A stretch of DNA of 64,000 nucleotides from Candidatus Shapirobacteria bacterium (GTDB lineage: Bacteria > Patescibacteriota > Microgenomatia > UM-FILTER-40-11). Location: positions 100,797 to 164,796 of the forward strand of contig JAGVBK010000004.1 in NCBI GenBank assembly GCA_020059745.1. Direction: 5' to 3'. Positions within the stretch are counted from its first letter, which is position 1, and every line of letters starts with the position of its first letter. Positions 45,157-54,349 of this stretch are shown piece by piece. Below the pieces are notes generated by a model that did no database searches, was not told the DNA's origin, and was given only the letters and a program-made list of their open reading frames with translations. The position numbers were made by a program, and so were the translations under genes.

Positions 45157-48100
45157 GGGTTATAGACAGAATCTTGGTTCATTTATTGTTTATGCTTCTT
45201 CCTTTATTGATGGTGAAAACAGAAAGCAAAGGATTGATAACTCCGAGTCCTTCCAAAAAGTAAACAATCAAGTCAGATTTCTTCTTGTTGGTCTTGGACT
45301 TTCCGATATGGAAACTTTTGAAGATCTTAATTTTGAAGAATCTGTTGATATTCTTAAAAAGTACCTTAGTTCTATCGAAGAAGATCCTTCAGGTGCCAGT
45401 ATTCCAGTAAACTTAAAAGAGCTTGTTGAAAACTTAAACGATAGAGATAATCAAAAAATAGACCAGGAAATCAGTCGGACATTGCAAGATCTAAGAAGAG
45501 TAACAAACCTGAAAACTGTTTTAGCTCAGTCACTAGGGCAAAAAAATTTTTTTACCGATAAAGAAGACGAGGTGGCAAGCTTGGTCCTCGAAAACAGCAG
45601 TGTTGCCAATAAAATTGAGCAAATAGAAAAATCCAGCCTGGAAAAGGACCAAAAAGAAGAAGAAATTAAACAAGTCTGGCAAGAAGCTTGGAATGAAGCA
45701 GTAGAGCAAACAGGTTTAAAAATTACAAAAGACTTACCGGTTGAAAAAATCAGAGAAATTGCCTCAGAAATTAAAAATTATTTAGCGCAAAAAGATGAAG
45801 TCTACCAAATAATCAAAAAACATACTCCAGAAGGTGTTGATATTTTAACGGTTCCAAAAGCAGAAAATACTGCAGAAAAAGCAACTGAAATAGTTGAATC
45901 TATCTTAGCAGATAATGAACTTACGGAAATGGTTAGGGAAATTAAAGATTCTGCTCTCTCTCAACAGGAAAGAACAGAGAGAGTCCGGAAAATTCTACCT
46001 CAAGTTTTTAGAAAAGCAGTTGAAGATACCCAAACACAGACACTTGTCAGAGTAGAACCTACCCCTGAACAAATAGCGAAATTATCAGACCAACTTTTAT
46101 CCCCTGAACCACAAAAAGAAGTCTTAAAAATCTTGACTGAGACAATTATTAGTGAAAAGACTAAAGCCCCACTTCAAACACCTGTTGATCCCAAAGAAGT
46201 GGCTGAAATCTCTTCAGTTATTTTGAATGACAAAAAGCTAAAAAGCGAAATAACAAGAATCCTAGAAGACGAAGAGATTCCAAAGGAAAGTAAACCCAAG
46301 GAAATCGGACAGGCGGTCAAAAATACAATACTAACTATTGAAAAAACTGACCTTTCTCTAGAGCAAGTTCAGAAGGTTAGAAATCTCGAATTTTCTCCCG
46401 AAGAAAGCCAAAAGCTGGCAGAAGAAATTATCAAACCCTCCCCTCAAAGAAGAAATGTTGAAAAAACAGTTGAGTCTCTTATATTTCCGAAGGAAACATC
46501 ACCCTTGATACTGTCACAAGAAACAGAACAAGCACTTCTCCAAAATATCACAAACCTAGTTGTTGATGACAAAAATTTATCTCAACAAATTGAGGAAATT
46601 AATGCCAATCCAAATCTGAGCCTAAAAGAAAAAGACGAAAGAATAAGGAAAGTCTGGAACAGTACTTGGAAAAAAGCACAAGGAATAACCGGGCAAGAAA
46701 CCGCCAAAGAAATTCCCATTTCGCCAGAAGAAATAAATAAAATTGCTAAAGTCTCAAAAGAAAAAAGCAAAAAAAAAGAGAAAATAAAAGATGAAACTGT
46801 TGGAACAATTCCTATTTTTCATCAAAACCTTCTGATTAACCGTGAAGATGTTATTGCTAGAAACATAATTCTTAAAGAAGAAACGCTTCTTTCAATAGAC
46901 AAAACGCTTAACAATCCTCTTCTTTCGGGAAGGGAAAAAATTGAAACTATTGGTAAAATTTGGTCAGATGTCTGGGACAGGGCAATTGATCAATCTGGTT
47001 TAACACCAAAAGAAGCAGTAAAAACTAAAGAGCATGTATTTTCAACCCAAACAGTCAATCATTTCATTAAAGAGTTATCAAAACCCCAGGTCGATACTGG
47101 CATTGTCAGCGGAATAATAAAAGAATCTTTTAAACCTTTAACTAAAAAGCAACAAATTGCTGTCCAACAATTTCTTCTTCCTACTGTCGCTACCAACAGA
47201 GCCTTAGTCTCTGAACTGGGCTGGGAAAATGTATTTTTAATTTCTTTTGCTGAGATTGCACCAATCTTAACTAGCGAGGAATTCAATTTAAACTCTGACC
47301 AAGCACTAAACATAATAAAAAATTATTCACAAGTGGCTGAGAAAATGTCTCCTGCCGAGCAAGTAGGAAAAGAGATGTCTCCACTCACCCCTCAACTTGT
47401 TTTTTGGAAAAGACATTTTACCCCTTTAGTCAACATCAGTAAACCAGAAGGTAATCCTCAAGGAAACGCCTGGCTAGTTAAAGACGAAAGAGGAAGAACA
47501 ATTTTTGAAAATGTTAAGCTTGGAATTAATCTTGGACTAAGTCCAGAGCTTGCATTTCAATTCCAAAAAGAAGCAGGTGAAAGATTGAGTTTGCACTGGA
47601 CAACACAGGGAATTAATCCTCAAGAAATTCAGAAAACAAAAGATATAATTCTAAAATCTCTTGAAGAACTTCATGAATCAAAAAATTACGCCTTAATTAG
47701 CGATAGTGAACTTGTGGAAAACTATTCTAGATTCCAAAAAGAGTTACCGCAAAAGAAAGTAAATACATGGGCAAGCAATCGCATTAAAAGTATTTCAAAC
47801 CTAATAAAAGCCAAACCAACACCTTTCCCTAATAAAATTAAGACAGATATTAAAAAATGGTTTTTAAATACCAAAATAGGAAAACAGATCAAGGGGGTAA
47901 TCAGCACTTTTTCGCAAAATTCACTTCAGAAATTTTTTTCTACCACCCAAATTGGAATAAAAAAAGCAACAACCGCAGCAGTTTTTAAAATTCTTACAAA
48001 ATTAGGATTACAAGCTGTTGCAAATACATTAGCACCTGTTATCGGAACAATCATTGCCTTTGCGGCAGAAAAAATTATTAAAGCGGGAGTTAGGTTGGTC

Positions 48101-48856
48101 CGAAAAGTATTTTCTTCAATCACTTCAGGGTTTGGCCTTGCTGATACACTTCTTGGAAACATTTCAAACCAAAACATAAACAAAAATGACGACAAAGGAA
48201 TTGCCTTCTTACTTATAGGAGTTATCGGCTTTATTGTGTTTTTCCCAATTTTTGTTATCCTTGTGATTTTAGGTGGAGCTTTTATTGGAGAAATGAACTT
48301 TTCAAATGAATATATTGAACAAGCAAGGATAAGCTATGCAACACTTGCCGACTATGAATGTGACAACCCGCGCCATTTTTCCGAGGAAGTAATTTGCAAG
48401 CTTTCCAAAGAAAATTATCCCTGCAACAACAGTTTGATTACTACCCATACCTGGATTAATGTTAGTTCTTGTTTTAGTCAAATTACCCTTAATAATAAAG
48501 AAGCCATAAGTAATAAATTCCTTGACCATATTCAGAGATACGGCAAGCTTCAATGTCTTGGTTTTGCTTTAGTTATCCAGTCTTCACTTGGCCAAAATTT
48601 TGACCTTGGTCACGGAAGCGCAGGAATGTATACCCAATCACCCTACCCGAGTGGCTACACAAAAATTGATGGAAGTGGTGAACCGGCAAGAGGAGATCTT
48701 GCTGTTTGGTCTGGCTCACCAGGCCATATTGCCCTTGTTTTAGGCACAAGTGGTAATATTAAAATTGTTGTTGCCGAAGCTGACGGTACAAGCGGTATGA
48801 TTGCCATAAAAGAAAGAGCAAGGCCTTCAATATTTTTAAGATATGAAAGTGAGTAA
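45131..48856 (+). CDS. Giant (1241-aa) repeat-containing membrane protein with a C-terminal CHAP peptidoglycan-hydrolase domain (PrgK/TcpG-like)
   Basis: Internal repeats (IKQVWQEAWNEAVEQTGL, IRKVWNSTWKKAQGITG, IGKIWSDVWDRAIDQSGL) and TM helices near residue 1000. The CHAP signature has Cys in LQCLGFALV and His in GHIALVLG. Confidence 0.6.
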   Translation: MPQETATNRGYRQNLGSFIVYASSFIDGENRKQRIDNSESFQKVNNQVRFLLVGLGLSDMETFEDLNFEESVDILKKYLSSIEEDPSGASIPVNLKELVENLNDRDNQKIDQEISRTLQDLRRVTNLKTVLAQSLGQKNFFTDKEDEVASLVLENSSVANKIEQIEKSSLEKDQKEEEIKQVWQEAWNEAVEQTGLKITKDLPVEKIREIASEIKNYLAQKDEVYQIIKKHTPEGVDILTVPKAENTAEKATEIVESILADNELTEMVREIKDSALSQQERTERVRKILPQVFRKAVEDTQTQTLVRVEPTPEQIAKLSDQLLSPEPQKEVLKILTETIISEKTKAPLQTPVDPKEVAEISSVILNDKKLKSEITRILEDEEIPKESKPKEIGQAVKNTILTIEKTDLSLEQVQKVRNLEFSPEESQKLAEEIIKPSPQRRNVEKTVESLIFPKETSPLILSQETEQALLQNITNLVVDDKNLSQQIEEINANPNLSLKEKDERIRKVWNSTWKKAQGITGQETAKEIPISPEEINKIAKVSKEKSKKKEKIKDETVGTIPIFHQNLLINREDVIARNIILKEETLLSIDKTLNNPLLSGREKIETIGKIWSDVWDRAIDQSGLTPKEAVKTKEHVFSTQTVNHFIKELSKPQVDTGIVSGIIKESFKPLTKKQQIAVQQFLLPTVATNRALVSELGWENVFLISFAEIAPILTSEEFNLNSDQALNIIKNYSQVAEKMSPAEQVGKEMSPLTPQLVFWKRHFTPLVNISKPEGNPQGNAWLVKDERGRTIFENVKLGINLGLSPELAFQFQKEAGERLSLHWTTQGINPQEIQKTKDIILKSLEELHESKNYALISDSELVENYSRFQKELPQKKVNTWASNRIKSISNLIKAKPTPFPNKIKTDIKKWFLNTKIGKQIKGVISTFSQNSLQKFFSTTQIGIKKATTAAVFKILTKLGLQAVANTLAPVIGTIIAFAAEKIIKAGVRLVRKVFSSITSGFGLADTLLGNISNQNINKNDDKGIAFLLIGVIGFIVFFPIFVILVILGGAFIGEMNFSNEYIEQARISYATLADYECDNPRHFSEEVICKLSKENYPCNNSLITTHTWINVSSCFSQITLNNKEAISNKFLDHIQRYGKLQCLGFALVIQSSLGQNFDLGHGSAGMYTQSPYPSGYTKIDGSGEPARGDLAVWSGSPGHIALVLGTSGNIKIVVAEADGTSGMIAIKERARPSIFLRYESE

Positions 48857-49481
48857 TATGTTTAAAGATAAAAGAATCAAGTTTATAGTTTTTCTTTCCT
48901 TGGTTGCTGGATTACTCTTAGGAATCAAGCTCATTATTCCTAAAGTTAAAAAATTAGAAATAGTTGAAACCTCACCTAAAGACAATCAAGAAGTTTCCAT
49001 TAATTCAAATATTGTCTTTGTCTTTAATCAGGCCGTCAGTTCACAAGATTTTATTGTTTCGACATACCCTGTTTTCAACTACTTAATTGAAAACAAAGAT
49101 CAAAATTCAATTTCCATTAAGCCTACCCTTCTTAAATACAGCACTGAGTATAAAATAGAATTAAAACACGAAAGGATTGAAAATTTTTATGGTGTTTTAA
49201 CTTTTACAACCACTAAAGCTCCAAAAACACCTGAATATGACGAAAAACAAACAGAAAAATTCTATGAACAACTTGAGAAAGAGACCTATGAAGACTATCC
49301 CCTATTTGACCATATTCCTTATTATGGAAAAGATTTCTCAATTGACTATTTAAAACCCTTAACTCTCGAGGTTGTTCTTAAAAAAGAAACCCAGGAAACA
49401 AGAGAAGAAGCCTTGGAGTGGATAAGGTCAAAAGGGATTGATCCCTCTACTCATAAAATTGAGTGGAAATACCAGCCTTAA
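48843..49481 (+). CDS. Hypothetical signal-anchored protein
   Basis: N-terminal TM segment. ORF only. Confidence 0.35.
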   Translation: MKVSNMFKDKRIKFIVFLSLVAGLLLGIKLIIPKVKKLEIVETSPKDNQEVSINSNIVFVFNQAVSSQDFIVSTYPVFNYLIENKDQNSISIKPTLLKYSTEYKIELKHERIENFYGVLTFTTTKAPKTPEYDEKQTEKFYEQLEKETYEDYPLFDHIPYYGKDFSIDYLKPLTLEVVLKKETQETREEALEWIRSKGIDPSTHKIEWKYQP

Positions 49482-50606
49482 TTATTCTGTCTGCAGTCTT
49501 ACTGGCATGATAACATGAAGAAAGCTTTCGTCCTGGGCAATCTTAAAAACACCAGGATTTAAAGAGCCGGTCATGCTAAAAGAAATATCTTTTCCGGTAA
49601 CCGCTCCTAAAAACCCTTGCAAAAATCTGTAGTTAAAGGCAATCTCTCCTCCTTCTCCTTCAATACTGACCTCAATTTGGTTTTTGTTTTCACCGACTTG
49701 GGGGGAATTGGCACTCATCTCAAGAAAGCTGTCTTTAAAATTCATCTTAACAATGTTTGCAGATTCCCTGGCAAAAATGGAAACAAGCTTCACTGCCCGC
49801 GCCAAAGATTCCTTATCAAGAATAACTTTTGTTTCCGAGTTTTCCGGAATTATTTTTTCATAATCAGGAAACTCTCCCTCAATCACTCTGGAAAAAAGCT
49901 CCATTTCCGGAAAAACAAAAACAACCTGGTTTTGTTCTTTTGTAAAGCCCATTTGCAAGGTTAAGCCCTTTTCGGCTTTTTCTTCGGAAATGATTTTAGA
50001 AACCTCCATTAAAGTTCTTGCCGGAAGAAGAAGCTTAACTTCTTCTTTTACCGGACTATCCAGTTCAATGGTCTTTAAAGACAGCCTGTAACCGTCTGTA
50101 GCTACCATGGAAAGGGTTTTTCCTTGGATTTTGAACAGTACACCGGTTAAAACAGGACGGCCATCGTCAGAAGCGGCTGCAAAAGCCACCTGATTAATTG
50201 CCTCAGAAAGCTTTTCTGCCGGTAAAACAAACAAAGATTCAGGGGAATATACCGGTAGTTTAGGAAACTCAGAAGCGGAAATACCATTAATGTTGGCACT
50301 AAAACCTTCGCAGGAAATCTTTAAAGAATTCTCATTAACTAAAAGATCTATTTTTTCTGCGGGCAAAGAGGAAACTATTTCTGTTAAAATCCTTGCCGGA
50401 ACAGTAATTTCTCCCTCTTCTTCAACTTTTCCGCCCAACCATAAAGAAACTCCCGTTTCCAGATTGGTAGCTGATATTTTTAACCTGTTTTGGTCGGTTT
50501 TAATCAAAACATTGGCAAGAATCGGCAATTGGACCTTAGAAGAAATTGACCTTGAAGCAACCCCTAGGCCTTTATTAAGATTTTCTTGAAGTATTTGGAT
50601 TTTCAT
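49482..50606 (-). CDS. dnaN: DNA polymerase III beta subunit (sliding clamp)
   Basis: MKIQILQENLNKGL...three-domain clamp pattern. Directly downstream of dnaA. Confidence 0.9.
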   Translation of the reverse strand: MKIQILQENLNKGLGVASRSISSKVQLPILANVLIKTDQNRLKISATNLETGVSLWLGGKVEEEGEITVPARILTEIVSSLPAEKIDLLVNENSLKISCEGFSANINGISASEFPKLPVYSPESLFVLPAEKLSEAINQVAFAAASDDGRPVLTGVLFKIQGKTLSMVATDGYRLSLKTIELDSPVKEEVKLLLPARTLMEVSKIISEEKAEKGLTLQMGFTKEQNQVVFVFPEMELFSRVIEGEFPDYEKIIPENSETKVILDKESLARAVKLVSIFARESANIVKMNFKDSFLEMSANSPQVGENKNQIEVSIEGEGGEIAFNYRFLQGFLGAVTGKDISFSMTGSLNPGVFKIAQDESFLHVIMPVRLQTE

Positions 50607-50819
50607 TTTCCTCCTTAATTGCTATTTTAAAGTTTTTTTCCTTTTAAGTAAATTCGTTTATTTAATTTTAGTAGTAATAGTAGTAGATATCTGTGTATAA
50701 GTTAATATTTTGAAAATTTAAATTTGGTTTTCGGGTTATCTTTTTGTTTATAAACTACTTAAAATCTTGTGAATGAAATTGTTGATAACTTAGGCTCTTT
50801 TTGTTGATAAGTGCAAAAC
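50607..50819. other. Candidate oriC: AT-rich unwinding region plus DnaA-box-like 9-mers between dnaA and dnaN
   Basis: TTATACACA (reverse complement of 50692-50700) and two TTATCAACA-like boxes near 50775-50815. A very AT-rich stretch lies at 50610-50720. Confidence 0.5.
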
Positions 50820-52172
50820 TTATCCGGTTTTCAACGAAAGCCTTTGTTTTATCCCGGAAATATCCACTCTTAAATCCTCGTTTTCGCGAAGCTTTTGGGA
50901 AATTTTTTCCACACCATGCATTATGGTGGTATGGTCCCTGCCTCCAAGCAGTTTGCCTACCTCAGCAAGAGGCAGGTTTAGCTCTGCCCTGAGAAGGTAC
51001 ATTAGAACCTGCCTAGGAAGAACAATTTCTTTTATTCTTGTTTTCCCTTTAAGCTGGTGAACTTTAAGGTGATAATAGTCAGCTACAACATCAACCACGT
51101 TTTTAGGTTTTATTAAATTGTTGTTTAATTCTTTTTCTGCCAAAGTTTTTCCCAGTAAAGTATTAACCAATTCAGTTGATAAAGGAATGTCTTTTGCTTC
51201 CATTTCAGTTATTATTCTGGTTAAAAAACCTTCCATTTTTCTAGTAGATTCAATATTGGCGGCAACAAGCTGGGCAATATCCATGGGCAGATCAATTTTT
51301 CTTTGCCTTGCTTTTATTAAAAGGATAGCGGTCCTTAGTTCAAAATCAGGAGTGGGAATATCAACAATAAGCCCGGCTTCAAACCGTGATTTTAGCCTTT
51401 CCTCAAGCTTAGCAATTTCTTCCGGCGGCCGGTCGCTGGTTAAAACCACTTGCCCACCCTCTCTTTGAATGGCGTTAAAGGTATGAAAAAATTCTTCCTG
51501 GACCGTAACTTTCCCGGCAATAAACTGGACATCGTCTAAAAGAAGCACTTTTATACTTCTATACTTTTTCTTAAACTGATCTGTGGTTTTATTCCTGATA
51601 GCATTAATAATTTCGTTGGTAAATTCTTCACCTGGACAGAAAAGCACCTTTGCAGAAGGACTATTTTTTAAAATTTCATGCCCTACGGCTTGCATTAAAT
51701 GGGTTTTTCCTACCCCTACCCCGCCCCAGATAAAAAGAGGATTATAAGCACTGCCAGGGTTCTTTGCTACTGCCGTGGCAGCGGCAAAGGGAAGTTGATT
51801 AGAAGAAGAAACCGCAAAGTTTTCAAAAGTAAAGTCGGCCCGCAGCCGGTGGTCATCGCTTCTTCCTTCTTTTTTAAATGGTTGGGTTTGTGAAAAAAGA
51901 GGCCCGCTTTCAAAAGACGAAGAGGTAACAGGCTTAATTGAAAAAACCAAACTGTTGTTGGCTTTTGTGTGGCGATCGAGAATATCTTTAATTAAACTGT
52001 AGTATCTTGCCTCAATTAGATTCTGAATGTAGGCCGAGGGGCAGCCGATGTTGGCAATGTTGTTTTCAAGGGAAACAAGTTGTGTATTTTGGAAAAGCGT
52101 CTGAAAAATAGCTTTAGAAACGGAAATTTTAAGCTCTTCCTGAAGGTTTTTCCAAATAGTTTCTTTGTTCAT
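50820..52172 (-). CDS. dnaA: Chromosomal replication initiator DnaA
   Basis: AAA+ Walker A GGVGVGKTHL, Walker B LLLDDVQF, and the C-terminal DNA-binding region GGRDHTTIMHG. Confidence 0.95.
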   Translation of the reverse strand: MNKETIWKNLQEELKISVSKAIFQTLFQNTQLVSLENNIANIGCPSAYIQNLIEARYYSLIKDILDRHTKANNSLVFSIKPVTSSSFESGPLFSQTQPFKKEGRSDDHRLRADFTFENFAVSSSNQLPFAAATAVAKNPGSAYNPLFIWGGVGVGKTHLMQAVGHEILKNSPSAKVLFCPGEEFTNEIINAIRNKTTDQFKKKYRSIKVLLLDDVQFIAGKVTVQEEFFHTFNAIQREGGQVVLTSDRPPEEIAKLEERLKSRFEAGLIVDIPTPDFELRTAILLIKARQRKIDLPMDIAQLVAANIESTRKMEGFLTRIITEMEAKDIPLSTELVNTLLGKTLAEKELNNNLIKPKNVVDVVADYYHLKVHQLKGKTRIKEIVLPRQVLMYLLRAELNLPLAEVGKLLGGRDHTTIMHGVEKISQKLRENEDLRVDISGIKQRLSLKTG

Positions 52173-52262
52173 TTTTCTTAAAGCGGCAGGAGCAAGTTAA
52201 TAAGCATCACGGACAGGCAGTTTGAAGAGGGATCCGTGCTTGGTAAAAATTATCTTAAAGAG

Positions 52263-52271
52263 TTATCCACA
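52263..52271 (+). promoter_or_regulatory. Perfect DnaA box TTATCCACA upstream of dnaA
   Basis: Exact consensus 9-mer in the dnaA/rpmH intergenic region. Confidence 0.6.
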
Positions 52272-52365
52272 ATTTGTCAACAAGAAAAATACCCTTAAGA
52301 CAGGTTTTAAAGAAACTTTACCAGTTTCTGTTTTTAAGATATAATAAAATCGTAACGGAGGAAAT

Positions 52366-52503
52366 ATGCCAAAAAGAACATACCAACCCAAAAAAATAAA
52401 AAGAGTAAGAAAACATGGCTTCAGAGCCAGGATGAAGGCAGTGGGTGGCAGAAAGGTCGTTAAAAGAAGAATGGCCAAGGGAAGAAAAGAGTTAACTGTA
52501 TAA
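52366..52503 (+). CDS. rpmH: 50S ribosomal protein L34 (not in the ORF track because it is under 60 aa)
   Basis: [45 protein letters not shown], with an RBS GGAGG 7 nt upstream. Confidence 0.85.
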   Translation: MPKRTYQPKKIKRVRKHGFRARMKAVGGRKVVKRRMAKGRKELTV

Positions 52504-52520
52504 AGGGCATTTTCAATTAA

Positions 52521-52847
52521 GTGCTTTCAGGTAAAAACCGACTAGATAAAAAAGAAATTAGCAAGTTAAGAGAAGAAAAACTTCCCGTTCTTCAAGGCAG
52601 ATATTTAGGCTTGATTTACAAACCAGCCAACGAAAAAAAATTTTCCTTGATTGTTTCTTCGAAAATTTCCAGAAAGGCAGTGGAAAGAAACAGGATTAAA
52701 AGGCTTTTTTACAACACACTTAAGGAAAGTTTTTTTGATTTAAGCGGCTTTTTTCTTTTTTTAGCCAAGAAAAATATTATTGCTGCCAAAAAAGAAGACT
52801 TGACCCTGGACTTAGAGGGGTTTAAAACAAAAGTAAGACAAAGATGA
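52521..52847 (+). CDS. rnpA: RNase P protein component
   Basis: Conserved RNR motif [15 protein letters not shown]. Position between rpmH and yidD. Confidence 0.8.
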   Translation: MLSGKNRLDKKEISKLREEKLPVLQGRYLGLIYKPANEKKFSLIVSSKISRKAVERNRIKRLFYNTLKESFFDLSGFFLFLAKKNIIAAKKEDLTLDLEGFKTKVRQR

Positions 52848-53080
52848 AAAGATTTCTATTATCATTAATAATCTTTTATCAAAAACACCTTTCTTTTGAC
52901 GCAGGTGTTTTAAAAGCACTTTTTTTAACAGAAAAATCTTGCCGCTTTGAACCCAGCTGTTCGCAATACACATATGAGGCAATTAATAAATATGGTATAA
53001 TTTCCGGAGGCTGGAAAGGAATAAAAAGGATTGTTAAGTGTAATCCTTTTAACAGAGGAGGATACGATCCCCTTAAATAA
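52844..53080 (+). CDS. yidD: Membrane protein insertion efficiency factor YidD
   Basis: [19 protein letters not shown]...[21 protein letters not shown]. Confidence 0.85.
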   Translation: MKRFLLSLIIFYQKHLSFDAGVLKALFLTEKSCRFEPSCSQYTYEAINKYGIISGGWKGIKRIVKCNPFNRGGYDPLK

Positions 53081-53097
53081 CTTCTTGCCGATTTTAT

Positions 53098-53886
53098 ATG
53101 AATACAATTTGGAATACATTACTTTTTCAACCGATTTTAAATATTTTAATTCTGTTTTATAACCTACTTTTTTCAAATCTGGGTTTGGCAATTATTTTCT
53201 TAACTCTGATTATCCGCCTGATTTTAATTCCTCTAACAAATCCACAACTTAAAGCCTCAAAGAAAATGCAGGAGCTAATGCCTGAGCTTGAGAAGCTTAA
53301 GAAAAAGTACAAAGACGACAAGCAAAAACTAATGCAGGCGCAAATGGAGCTTTATAAAAGAAACAACATAAATCCAGCGGCTGGCTGTTTACCTTGGATT
53401 GTCCAGCTCATTCTTTTAATTACTCTGTTTCAGGTTTTTAATCAGGTAATTCGTTCAGGAACAGAAACAATTGCCGTTTTAAACGAAAAACTCTACCCTT
53501 TCCTTAGATTTTCTGAAGGAGCAAGCCTAAACCTTAATTTTTTACATCTTAATCTTGCCAAACCTGATTTAATTCAAATTCCCGGTTTTGTAGCTATACC
53601 GGGAATCTTTGTTATTCTGGCAACAGTTTTTCAGTTCCTTTCTTCTAAACTAATGGTACCAAGTGTTAAAGTTGAGGAAAAGGAAGCTAAGGCTACAGAA
53701 CAAAAGACTGACGATATGGCAGTTTCCATGCAAAAGCAAATGCTTTATCTTTTTCCATTAATGACCTTGGTTTTTGGTTACACCATGCCTTCAGGCGTGA
53801 TTCTTTACTGGTTTGTTTTTTCTTTATTTTCTTATATTCAGCAGCTCATCATTAATAAAAACAAAAAAGCGGAGGTAAAAGCATGA
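53098..53886 (+). CDS. yidC: Membrane protein insertase YidC (short form)
   Basis: Conserved region KMQELMPELEKLKKKYKDDKQKLMQAQMELYKRNNINPAAGCLP and multiple TM helices. Confidence 0.8.
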   Translation: MNTIWNTLLFQPILNILILFYNLLFSNLGLAIIFLTLIIRLILIPLTNPQLKASKKMQELMPELEKLKKKYKDDKQKLMQAQMELYKRNNINPAAGCLPWIVQLILLITLFQVFNQVIRSGTETIAVLNEKLYPFLRFSEGASLNLNFLHLNLAKPDLIQIPGFVAIPGIFVILATVFQFLSSKLMVPSVKVEEKEAKATEQKTDDMAVSMQKQMLYLFPLMTLVFGYTMPSGVILYWFVFSLFSYIQQLIINKNKKAEVKA

Positions 53887-54344
53887 ATGAAGAGACATTT
53901 GGTCTTTTAAACTCAGAAATTAAAGCCTTAGTTAACGATATTGGATTAACAACTGAGGTTAAGTCCCAAGCGGATGAAGAAATAAAAGCTTTTAATATTG
54001 ATCTTGATTCCCCTGAAGCAGCTTTGCTGATTGGCTTCCATGGTGAAACCTTACAGTCTTTACAGCTTATCTTTTCTTTTTTGGTTCACAAATTGACTGG
54101 CGAGTGGTACAAAGTGAGTGTTGATGTTGGTGACTACAAACAAAAAAGAGAAGAACAACTGAGAAATTTGGCTCTCAACCTGGCGGCTAAAGCAAAAATT
54201 TCAGGAGAAGCGCAGACAATCCCAAATTTAAACGCTAACGAAAGAAGGCTGATTCACCTTGCCCTGTCTGACAATCCTGATGTTGTTTCCGAGTCTGAAG
54301 GAGAAGGAAGACAAAGAGTTTTAGTTATCAAGCCAAAAAAATAA
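53883..54344 (+). CDS. Jag/KhpB RNA-binding protein (KH plus R3H)
   Basis: The R3H motif NANERRLIHLAL and position downstream of yidC. Confidence 0.75.
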   Translation: MNEETFGLLNSEIKALVNDIGLTTEVKSQADEEIKAFNIDLDSPEAALLIGFHGETLQSLQLIFSFLVHKLTGEWYKVSVDVGDYKQKREEQLRNLALNLAAKAKISGEAQTIPNLNANERRLIHLALSDNPDVVSESEGEGRQRVLVIKPKK

Positions 54345-54349
54345 TTCAA

